A stretch of DNA of 64,000 bases from positions 12,775-76,774 of the forward strand of contig JBFWNO010000002.1 of NCBI GenBank assembly GCA_050251015.1. Reading direction: 5' to 3'. The translations under genes and the position numbers were made by a program. Origin of the DNA: Planctomycetota bacterium. Its GTDB lineage: Bacteria; Planctomycetota; JBFWNO01. Below, in pieces: positions 8,352-15,036 of this stretch. Each line of letters starts with the position of its first letter. Positions within the stretch are counted from its first letter, which is position 1. The notes under the pieces were generated by a model. That model was not told the origin of the DNA, did no database searches, and saw nothing but the letters and a program-made list of their open reading frames with translations.

Positions 8352-8666
8352 ATGACGAAAACGGGACGCGAGCGGGAAACATACGAAGGGAGGACGCCGA
8401 TGAGGACGCGATACGAACACGAGAAACGGGACCTGGAACGGTTCGCCAAGAACATCGCCGCATGGGCGCGCGATGGAAAACGCTGGGCCGCCCGGGGCGA
8501 CCGCGAGATGGCCGAGACGCACGAGCGCGACGTCCTCGCCCTCAAGGCCGTCCACGCCGCCGTTCTGCGGGGCGACTACCGGGAGGCGGCGAAGCTCGCC
8601 TACCCGCTCGACACCATCGTCCGCGACCAGATCCCGGCGCGGCTTTACAACGCCATCAACCAGTAG
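8352..8666 (+). CDS. Hypothetical protein, cassette gene 1 (Arg/Glu-rich helical)
   Basis: AAGGAGG-N6-ATG at 8352. An identical SD+ATG lies in frame at 8400. The frame looks coding compared with the antisense shadow ORFs. Confidence 0.6.
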   Translation: MTKTGRERETYEGRTPMRTRYEHEKRDLERFAKNIAAWARDGKRWAARGDREMAETHERDVLALKAVHAAVLRGDYREAAKLAYPLDTIVRDQIPARLYNAINQ

Positions 8667-8681
8667 CAGGAGGAGACGAAC

Positions 8682-9014
8682 ATGACGAATACGAATGGAA
8701 CGCGGGACCTCGACCTGGGAGACGACCTGGTCATCACCAAGACATCGCGCCGCGCATCGGGCGGCGGGACCTGGGTCTGCGGACGCCTCAACGGGCACCG
8801 CTTCGACGCTCTGGTCTTCCCCGAACACGCGGACATGCCGGAGTGGGAGATCGGCGACAGCAAGATCTCCAAGCTCTTCGTCCAGCGCCTGGCGGACAAG
8901 GAGATCGTCTACAACTGGGATCGGGGCCTGGACGTGCCCGCCAAGGACGCGACGGTGCAGGCCATCGTCGACTTCCTCTGCGCGGGCCTCGCGGAACACA
9001 CCTACGGCAAGTGA
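8682..9014 (+). CDS. Hypothetical protein, cassette gene 2
   Basis: 110 aa. AGGAGGAG RBS and a 15-nt gap to the previous gene. Confidence 0.65.
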   Translation: MTNTNGTRDLDLGDDLVITKTSRRASGGGTWVCGRLNGHRFDALVFPEHADMPEWEIGDSKISKLFVQRLADKEIVYNWDRGLDVPAKDATVQAIVDFLCAGLAEHTYGK

Positions 9015-9026
9015 AAGGAGACGAAG

Positions 9027-9380
9027 ATGAACGTGAACGAAATGATCGAGGCCCTGCAGGAGGTCGCAGACAACGGAGGCGGCGAACGGGAGGTTCTGCT
9101 CGCCACGCAACCGCACTACCCGCTGGCCCACACGATCACCGACATCGTGGATGGCGACGAGCGGCTGGTCGCCGCATCGGAACGGTTCAAGCACCTGGTA
9201 CGGACGCGGCCCGGTGTGGACCGGGACGAACTCCTCGACGAGGTCGCCGAAGAGTACGACCTCGACAGCGAGGACATCGAAGCGGCGTCGGACGCCTCGC
9301 CCGAGGGGCCGGTCTGGATTCTCGAGGGCGGCCATCCGTCGGGCAGCCCCTATGCGAGCAAGGCGCTCTGGAATCGGTGA
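9027..9380 (+). CDS. Hypothetical strongly acidic protein, cassette gene 3
   Basis: 117 aa with an AAAGGAGA RBS. By hand count, roughly 26 Asp/Glu against about 9 Lys/Arg. Confidence 0.65.
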   Translation: MNVNEMIEALQEVADNGGGEREVLLATQPHYPLAHTITDIVDGDERLVAASERFKHLVRTRPGVDRDELLDEVAEEYDLDSEDIEAASDASPEGPVWILEGGHPSGSPYASKALWNR

Positions 9381-9404
9381 CCACAAAGAAAGGAGGTGAT
9401 GCAC

Positions 9405-9647
9405 ATGCGAATCACACGGATCGACGTTGAGGGCGAAGAAGGCCGCTTCGCCCTGATGACCCGCAAGCGCGGGTCGGAGTACATCGAGGTGGAGATTCTG
9501 GTGCCCGAGCGGCCGAACGGACAGGTCCAGCATGTCCAGGCCGATTGCGCGGAGGACATCAAATCGATGGCCGATTGCCTGCTCCACGAACTGCGCGGCG
9601 GCGGACGCGCCAACTACCACCAGGCACTGCGCCGCCTGGCCGACTGA
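9405..9647 (+). CDS. Hypothetical protein, cassette gene 4
   Basis: AGGAGG at 9391-9396. The ATG at 9405 has the best spacing; the track ORF starts at GTG 9396. Confidence 0.6.
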   Translation: MRITRIDVEGEEGRFALMTRKRGSEYIEVEILVPERPNGQVQHVQADCAEDIKSMADCLLHELRGGGRANYHQALRRLAD

Positions 9648-9659
9648 GGAGGATCGAGC

Positions 9660-10208
9660 ATGAAGAAGAAGGAGGTCAAGATCGGCGGGAGGTATCTCGC
9701 CAAGGTGAGCGGGAGCGTGTCGCCCGTCCGGCTGGACGCGGAGAGTCCCTACGGCGGATGGGACGGCACCAACCTCGACACCGGAAGGCAGGTCAGGATC
9801 AAGTCCGCGCAACGGTTGCGCGGGGAGTTCAACCCCTACAAGGAGGACGGAACCATGGCGAAGAAGAAGAGCACGAAGACGGCGGCGAAGGCCGAGAAGG
9901 CCAAGGCCGCGAAGACGGAAAAGCCTGCCGCCAAGACGGCGGAGCCAAAGGCGCGGAAGATAGCCGCCCGTGCGGACGGGACCCTGTCCGGTCTCGACGC
10001 CGCCGCGAAGGTGATGGCGGAAGCGGGCGAGCCGCTGGGCTGTAAGGTCATCGTCGAGCGCGCCATCGAGAAGGGCTACTGGAAGCCCGGCGGCAAGACC
10101 CCGGCGGCCACCATCTACTCCGCCATCCTGCGCGAGATGCAGAAGAAGGGCGACCAGGCACGATTCCGCAAGGCGGAGCGCGGGAAGTTTGCGCTCAAGA
10201 CGTCGTAG
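9660..10208 (+). CDS. DNA-binding protein: N-terminal small beta-rich domain + histone-H1-like AKP-rich linker + C-terminal HARE-HTH
   Basis: 182 aa. The linker reads KKKSTKTAAKAEKAKAAKTEKPAAKTAEPKARK. The C-terminus SGLDAAAKVMAEAGEPLGCKVIVERAIEKGYWKPGGKTPAATIYSAILREMQKKG...RFRK matches the HARE-HTH pattern. Confidence 0.7.
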   Translation: MKKKEVKIGGRYLAKVSGSVSPVRLDAESPYGGWDGTNLDTGRQVRIKSAQRLRGEFNPYKEDGTMAKKKSTKTAAKAEKAKAAKTEKPAAKTAEPKARKIAARADGTLSGLDAAAKVMAEAGEPLGCKVIVERAIEKGYWKPGGKTPAATIYSAILREMQKKGDQARFRKAERGKFALKTS

Positions 10209-10215
10209 TAGCATT

Positions 10216-10590
10216 TCACCTTTTCCTCTCAAACACCCCGGCCCCTGCCGGGGTGTTCTTCGGCATGAGATCGGGCTCCACGTAGATGACCGGTTTCCCC
10301 AGTTCGCCCGCGATCCCGATCTCCGCCTGGACACCCTTCGATTCCCGCCAGCCGTCCAGCATCAGCACCCAGACCTCGGAGCAGATCTCCAGGAAGGCGC
10401 GGTCGAAGCGCTCCCAGAACTCCCAGTCGAGCGGCAGGCCGTGGGCGACCAGCGCGTGCGAGTATGCGATGGGTGACCACACCGGAATACCGCAGCGGAG
10501 CATCTCGGCCGCTTGGCGGCAGGCCCCCTGGAACCGCGCCTCGCGCACCGCCGGGTCGGAGTCCGTGTACGGGCCCGCGAGGTAGATCAC
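10216..10590 (-). CDS. DUF1937-family protein (nucleoside 2-deoxyribosyltransferase-like fold)
   Basis: The GTG start at 10590 overlaps the upstream stop (GTGA). VIYLAGPYTDSDP...SPIAYSHAL...LDGWRESKGVQAEI matches the DUF1937 pattern. Confidence 0.65.
   Translation of the reverse strand: MIYLAGPYTDSDPAVREARFQGACRQAAEMLRCGIPVWSPIAYSHALVAHGLPLDWEFWERFDRAFLEICSEVWVLMLDGWRESKGVQAEIGIAGELGKPVIYVEPDLMPKNTPAGAGVFERKR
10233..10256. terminator. Hairpin ACACCCCGGC-CCCT-GCCGGGGTGT between convergent genes (candidate bidirectional terminator)
   Basis: 10-bp GC-rich stem followed by TCTT on the plus strand. It lies 25 nt after the cassette stop and overlaps the last codons of the minus-strand DUF1937 ORF. 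Confidence 0.45.
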
Positions 10591-11021
10591 GCTTTCGCCT
10601 CCCGTGTCGTCACGACAACCGTGGCGTTCTTTGGTTGCTGCTTGTCCCATCGCCTGTGGCATGACACGCAAAGCCATCGCACGCGCAACGGTTCGTCGTA
10701 GGTGTAATGCGCCGCCTCGATCCGTTTGGACTTCTCGCCGCAAGCCTCGCAGCAATCGGGCCGCACGATATGGCCCGCCTGCACGTGGTAACGGAGCAGA
10801 CTCTGCGCGCTCCGCGCCTTGGTGATGGTCCGGCGCTTCGTCATGCGTCCGGTTGTTTGCGCCTTGACCTTGCAGGCGGAACTGCAGAACCGTCGGCGCA
10901 GGCGCGGCAGGACGAAGACGTTCAGGCACACGGGACAGATGCACCAGCTACGCGCCCGACGATGAACGAGTCGCCCGGACGAGTTCGCTCCGAGCGGTTG
11001 TCTTTCCTTCAGAATCAACAC
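10587..11021 (-). CDS. Zinc-ribbon / HNH-like protein
   Basis: GTG at 11021, preceded by AAGGAGG. CPVC...CSSAC, then CEACGE..IEAAHYTYDEPLRVRWLCVSCH, an HNH-like arrangement. Confidence 0.55.
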   Translation of the reverse strand: MLILKERQPLGANSSGRLVHRRARSWCICPVCLNVFVLPRLRRRFCSSACKVKAQTTGRMTKRRTITKARSAQSLLRYHVQAGHIVRPDCCEACGEKSKRIEAAHYTYDEPLRVRWLCVSCHRRWDKQQPKNATVVVTTREAKA

Positions 11022-12393
11022 GAAACACCTCCTTGCCTGTGAATTGGGACCAGCGGTCGCAGATGACATCACAATACGGCGGGTCGAGTTCCATGAGGTA
11101 GGCGCGCCGCCCGGTCCGCTCCGCGCCGATCAACGTCGAGCCCGATCCGCCGAAAAGATCGAGAACGTTTTCGCCGGGCTTGGACGAGTAGGTCATAGCG
11201 CGCACCGCGAGTTCGACTGGCTTCTCCGTGAGGTGGACCATCGACTGCGGGTTGACCTTCTTCACCGACCAGACATCGGTGGCGTTGTGAATCTCCGGGT
11301 TGAACCAGTGCGCCGCGCCTTCCTTCCAACCGTAGAAACACCACTCGTGGTTGCCCATGAAATCCTTGCGCGTCAGGACAGGGTGCTCCTTCACCCAGAT
11401 CACGGCCTGCGAGAAGTAGAAGCCGCATTCCTTCAGGGCCGACGGATAGTTCGAGCAGTTGGCATAACCGCCCCAGATGTAGAAGCCGCGTCCGGGTTCG
11501 AGCACCCGCGCTGCGTTGCCGAACCAGGCACGAAGCATCCGGGCGAAGTCCTCGTCCGAGACGAAGTCGTTTTCCAGCGGTCGGTCCTTGGCGCGCATCT
11601 TCTTGTGCGTGGCCTGCGCCTTCTCCGGATGACGCTCCAGGTCGAGCTTCTGATGATGGCGGATGCCGGTCTTGCCGCGTGCGACATCGAAGCCGCTGTG
11701 ATGCAGACCCTTCGCATCGAGTGCCTTGATGCCCGCCTTGTCATTTGAGAACGAGGACAGTCCGGCCGCGATGGCGTTGTTCGAGCGCGGCTCGACCTTG
11801 ACGTTGTACGGCGGGTCCATGTTGACGAGGTTGATTACCGCGCCGTCCAGGAGGCGGTCGAGGTCCTCCGGTTTCGAGGAGTCGCCGCACATGAGCCGGT
11901 GATTGCCGAGCACCCAGATGTCGCCGCGCTGCGTGATCGGATCGTCCGGCGGTTCGGGCACGGCGTCCGGGTCGGTGAGCCCCTCGTTGCCGTGGATACC
12001 CGCGCCGAGCATCTTCTCCAGTTCCTCGGAGGAGAAACCGAGCAGGTCGAGGTCAATGTCCATCCCGCGCAGGTCGGTGAGCTCGATAGGCAGTAGGTCG
12101 TAGTCCCACTCCGCGATCTCCGCGACGCGGTTGTCCGCCAGCCGGTAGGCCTTGGCCTTCTCCGGCGACATGCCGACGGCCACGTGAACCGGCACCTCGG
12201 CCAAGCCCATCGCCTTGGCCGCCTTCCAGCGGGTGTGCCCGACGATGATGACATCCGCTTCGTCCACCACGATGGGTTGCCGGAATCCGAACTCCCGGAT
12301 CGACCGGGCTACGGCGTCCACGGCCGCGTCGTTCTGGCGTGGGTTCCCTGGATAGGGTTTCACATCGTCGATCTTTCGCATTTCAACTTTCAT
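10948..12393 (-). CDS. ParB-like nuclease domain fused to a beta-class N6A/N4C DNA methyltransferase
   Basis: 481 aa. The N-terminus is ParB-like (PYPGNPRQND...GFRQPIVV...GHTRWKAA). DPPY (VNMDPPYNV) precedes FGGSGST, the motif order IV then I. Confidence 0.85.
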   Translation of the reverse strand: MKVEMRKIDDVKPYPGNPRQNDAAVDAVARSIREFGFRQPIVVDEADVIIVGHTRWKAAKAMGLAEVPVHVAVGMSPEKAKAYRLADNRVAEIAEWDYDLLPIELTDLRGMDIDLDLLGFSSEELEKMLGAGIHGNEGLTDPDAVPEPPDDPITQRGDIWVLGNHRLMCGDSSKPEDLDRLLDGAVINLVNMDPPYNVKVEPRSNNAIAAGLSSFSNDKAGIKALDAKGLHHSGFDVARGKTGIRHHQKLDLERHPEKAQATHKKMRAKDRPLENDFVSDEDFARMLRAWFGNAARVLEPGRGFYIWGGYANCSNYPSALKECGFYFSQAVIWVKEHPVLTRKDFMGNHEWCFYGWKEGAAHWFNPEIHNATDVWSVKKVNPQSMVHLTEKPVELAVRAMTYSSKPGENVLDLFGGSGSTLIGAERTGRRAYLMELDPPYCDVICDRWSQFTGKEVFRVDSEGKTTARSELVRATRSSSGA

Positions 12394-12855
12394 GGCCTAT
12401 TCCTCCGTTCTGGCGTGCCCAAGGGTTGGCCACGGGGCGCGCACGCTTGGCCCACGTGGCGAGAATCCGGTCCGGATGGTCCCAAGGCACGCCCCGGCGG
12501 CCCGGGCGCGCCCTGTGCGCCCAGGGCGCGGAAAAACCGGACCGGGAAAACAAACTGTGCTCCGTAAGGCGACTGTTCCCGCGGGCCTCTCCTTCGCCCA
12601 TGGCGGGGAAGTACCTATGCGTCCCGCCCCGGCGGGGGCTTCTTTCCCTTTCACCCCACCCCCTCTCACACACGCGGAAAAGGGGGGATATATACACGCG
12701 CGCACATGCGGGTGAAGTAAGGGAAAGAAGGAGAGAGAGTGTTGATGTATATAGACTTACGTTCTCTTCTTTCTTCACCCTTCCTTCCCCATCCTTCACC
12801 CCGAAGTCGGTCCACTTCGTTCGCCTTCTTTCACCCCTCACCCCTTTCTTCCCCC
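12394..12855. other. 460-bp non-coding region between the primase and methyltransferase genes (candidate origin / control region)
   Basis: No credible ORF. Contains GC-rich palindromes (12501-12530), an alternating Pu/Py tract (12688-12710) and a CT-rich half with TTCACCC repeats. Confidence 0.6.
12516..12530. repeat. Palindrome TGCGCCCAGGGCGCG (second copy of the 8202-8216 element)
   Basis: Read directly. The 13-bp core GCGCCCAGGGCGC is a perfect palindrome. A GGGCGCGCCC palindrome lies adjacent at 12504-12513. Confidence 0.6.
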
Positions 12856-12867
12856 TCATCTTTCACC
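12642..12867. repeat. Iteron-like TTCACC(C) repeats
   Basis: Direct copies start at 12650, 12774, 12795, 12830 and 12862, with one inverted copy at 12710-12716. CTTTCCCTTTCACCCC (12642-12657) and GGGTGAAGTAAGGGAAAG (12710-12727) form an imperfect inverted pair around the Pu/Py tract. Confidence 0.55.
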
Positions 12868-15036
12868 TCCGTCCTCGGCGCTCTCGGCCAGCCGGTAGAA
12901 GCGGCCGGGCCTGCCGGAGCTGGATTGCATCCGGATCACGATGTCGCCGCGCTGTTCGAGCGTGGTCACCAGGACGAGGAAGTTCTTCGCATCGGTCTTC
13001 ATCCGCTTGAGCAGAACGCTGTGCGCCAGTTCGCGCTCGGGCGACTCGCGCAGCTTCTGCAGGAACTTCAGGCACTCGGCGTGGAAGGGGTTGTCCGCCA
13101 CGAAGGCCTGGGCCATGAAGAGCATCCGTCGCGTCTGGTGGACGACGAATCGCCGGGCCCAGTCGGCGGCCGCCTTGCCGATCTCCGGTTGCGTGGGGTT
13201 CTCGCTCACCGCGTAGAGCAGCGCGAGCTTGCGGGCGTGCTCGCTGACGCGACCCCACACGGTCGTCCCGACAGGATCACCGGCGCGTTCCGCGCGCCCG
13301 TATTCGGCCTCCGCCTCCAGGCGCGTCTCGATCAGGATGCTTCGGGCCTCGTCCGTATGCGGGATGATCTTCGGGACCGGATGCCAGTTCTCGAGGTTGC
13401 CCGTGCCCGGCCGGAAGTCGGCCCACCATTTCGCGGTCTCCAGCACGCGTGCGGGCAACGCCTGAATGCCCGGCTCCTGGCCGGGCGAACGCTGCCCGCA
13501 CTCGAGGATGATCATGCGCGCGAAGAAGCCGTTGGTGAGCATCCGTTCGGAGAGCGCCTCGTAGTAGTGGTTCGGAATCGCCGTGCCGAAGACCACGAGG
13601 CAGGGCTGGTCGATGGCCCCGGGCGAGTCCTTGCCCGCCTTGCGTCGCATGGGGAAGACGGAGTTCGCCGACGAGTACATCGTGAGGAGCGTCCCCATGA
13701 CGTTCTCGTGCCGCGCATCTTTCGCCTTGTTGATCGACTGGAGCATCCCGTCGATCTCGTCGGTCTGGAACAGCATGCAGGGGTCGACGAAGAGCGCGTC
13801 CTGCACGCCTTCGCCCGAGGCGAAACGTCCGCCGACGTGACTCGACAACCCGATGTGGTGCAGGATCTCGGTGTTGATCTTGCGCGGCCGATCCTTCCCG
13901 GCGGACGAGTGCGCCAGACCCAGCAGGTAGAGGTTCGTCCGGTTGTCGCCTGGATCGCGGACCTTGCGTCCGGCGAGCACGGCCTGCAGCGCCAGCGCAC
14001 CGGAGAACGCCATCACTGTGTTCGGGTACGGCGCGGTCGCCAGGCAGTAGTCCATGACCTCGGAGACGAAGCCCGGCGCGCGCAGGAGTTCATCCGGCAG
14101 CGGGCCCGGGTCGGGAATGGCTGGAACGACCTCGTTCGGTGCTTTGCCCGTCAGGTCCTGCCCCCAATGGTTCTCGGCCACGGCGACCGCGACCTGGTCC
14201 GGCTCGTAGCGGCAGATGCTGGCCGCGATCTTCTCGACCTCGCGAGCTGAAAGAGGCGGTTGGCAGCGGACCCGGTTGGCCTGCGTCAGGGCGGCCAGGA
14301 TCTCGTCCCGGCTCATGCCCACCCGGCGCATGGCTCCGCCCAGGCGCGCCAGGGTCGCGTTCCGTTGTCCGGTTGGGATGGTGTTGCCATCCGGCGGCGG
14401 AGTCGCGCCCTGGGGCGCACCCTGCGCGAACGGGGCCGTACTGGGGGCATTCCCGTTGCCCCCGGACGCGCCCTTGGCGAACAACGCGCCCAGTCCGTCA
14501 AGTTGCGCCGCCACCCAATCGGGCGGTTCCGGCAACTGTTCCGGCCCGGCGTCCAGCTCCAGCGTCTCGGCCCAGCGGTACGCCTTGCCGTCCACGACCG
14601 AGGGCGGCACGACGATGTAGCCGCCGTTGGCGCGCGTGTCGACCTTCGGCGCGAGCTTGCTCGCCGTGTTCTTCCAGTCCTTGCCCTCGGGTTGACGGAA
14701 GATGTGGTGCCGTCCGCCTCGTGGGGTGAGCGACACCGGCCCTCGGGCGAGGTCCTGCGCCAGCTCCGGATCGGCAGGCCATGCGTTGTCCGCGCCGTCC
14801 ACATCGATGACGAAGAGTCCCGCCGTCGGCATGCCGACGTTGGCGTCCGGGTGCTTCGCCCACCACGCCTCGATTACGACCGGGTCGGTCGTCGCGTCCT
14901 TGAAGCCGTGCGGCGTGATCGGGGCCTTGCCTCCCGGTGCGCACGGGAAGACCGGGTATCCCAGTTCGGCATACCGAAGCGCGGCGCTGATCAATTTCTC
15001 CTTCGTGTTCTGCATAGGCGGACAGGCCGACCTCAA
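12856..15036 (-). CDS. DNA primase-polymerase (Prim-Pol N-terminal domain + PriCT-1 + DUF3987 helicase-like domain)
   Basis: 726 aa. YPVFPCAPGGKAPITPHGFKDAT...FVIDVDG...GGRHHIF...GGYIVVPPS; RNATLARLGGAMRR; NLYLLGLAHSSAGKD. The start is either TTG 15036 (TTGA overlap) or ATG 15015. Confidence 0.85.
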   Translation of the reverse strand: MRSACPPMQNTKEKLISAALRYAELGYPVFPCAPGGKAPITPHGFKDATTDPVVIEAWWAKHPDANVGMPTAGLFVIDVDGADNAWPADPELAQDLARGPVSLTPRGGRHHIFRQPEGKDWKNTASKLAPKVDTRANGGYIVVPPSVVDGKAYRWAETLELDAGPEQLPEPPDWVAAQLDGLGALFAKGASGGNGNAPSTAPFAQGAPQGATPPPDGNTIPTGQRNATLARLGGAMRRVGMSRDEILAALTQANRVRCQPPLSAREVEKIAASICRYEPDQVAVAVAENHWGQDLTGKAPNEVVPAIPDPGPLPDELLRAPGFVSEVMDYCLATAPYPNTVMAFSGALALQAVLAGRKVRDPGDNRTNLYLLGLAHSSAGKDRPRKINTEILHHIGLSSHVGGRFASGEGVQDALFVDPCMLFQTDEIDGMLQSINKAKDARHENVMGTLLTMYSSANSVFPMRRKAGKDSPGAIDQPCLVVFGTAIPNHYYEALSERMLTNGFFARMIILECGQRSPGQEPGIQALPARVLETAKWWADFRPGTGNLENWHPVPKIIPHTDEARSILIETRLEAEAEYGRAERAGDPVGTTVWGRVSEHARKLALLYAVSENPTQPEIGKAAADWARRFVVHQTRRMLFMAQAFVADNPFHAECLKFLQKLRESPERELAHSVLLKRMKTDAKNFLVLVTTLEQRGDIVIRMQSSSGRPGRFYRLAESAEDGGER

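Noticed and set aside
8163-10334. Very long ORFs on the strand opposite to, or out of frame with, the phage genes. Examples are 8163-10334 minus (723 aa), 3732-5276 plus, 15103-16812 minus, 15354-16988 plus, 12739-14250 plus and 20718-21926 minus.
   Set aside because: Their translations are Arg/Gly/Pro/Ala-rich, low-complexity and motif-free. They shadow genes that have clear family signatures and RBSs. This is typical of stop-codon-poor GC-rich DNA.
12383-12859. A 158-aa minus-strand ORF filling the primase-methyltransferase gap.
   Set aside because: The translation is low-complexity (Arg/Gly/Glu/Ser runs), there is no RBS, and it spans the repeat and palindrome region. The region is treated as non-coding.
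12642-12867. TTCACCC repeats considered as a CRISPR-like array.
   Set aside because: The repeat units are only 7-8 nt, the spacing is irregular (21-124 bp), there is no palindromic 25-40-nt repeat, and there are no cas genes.
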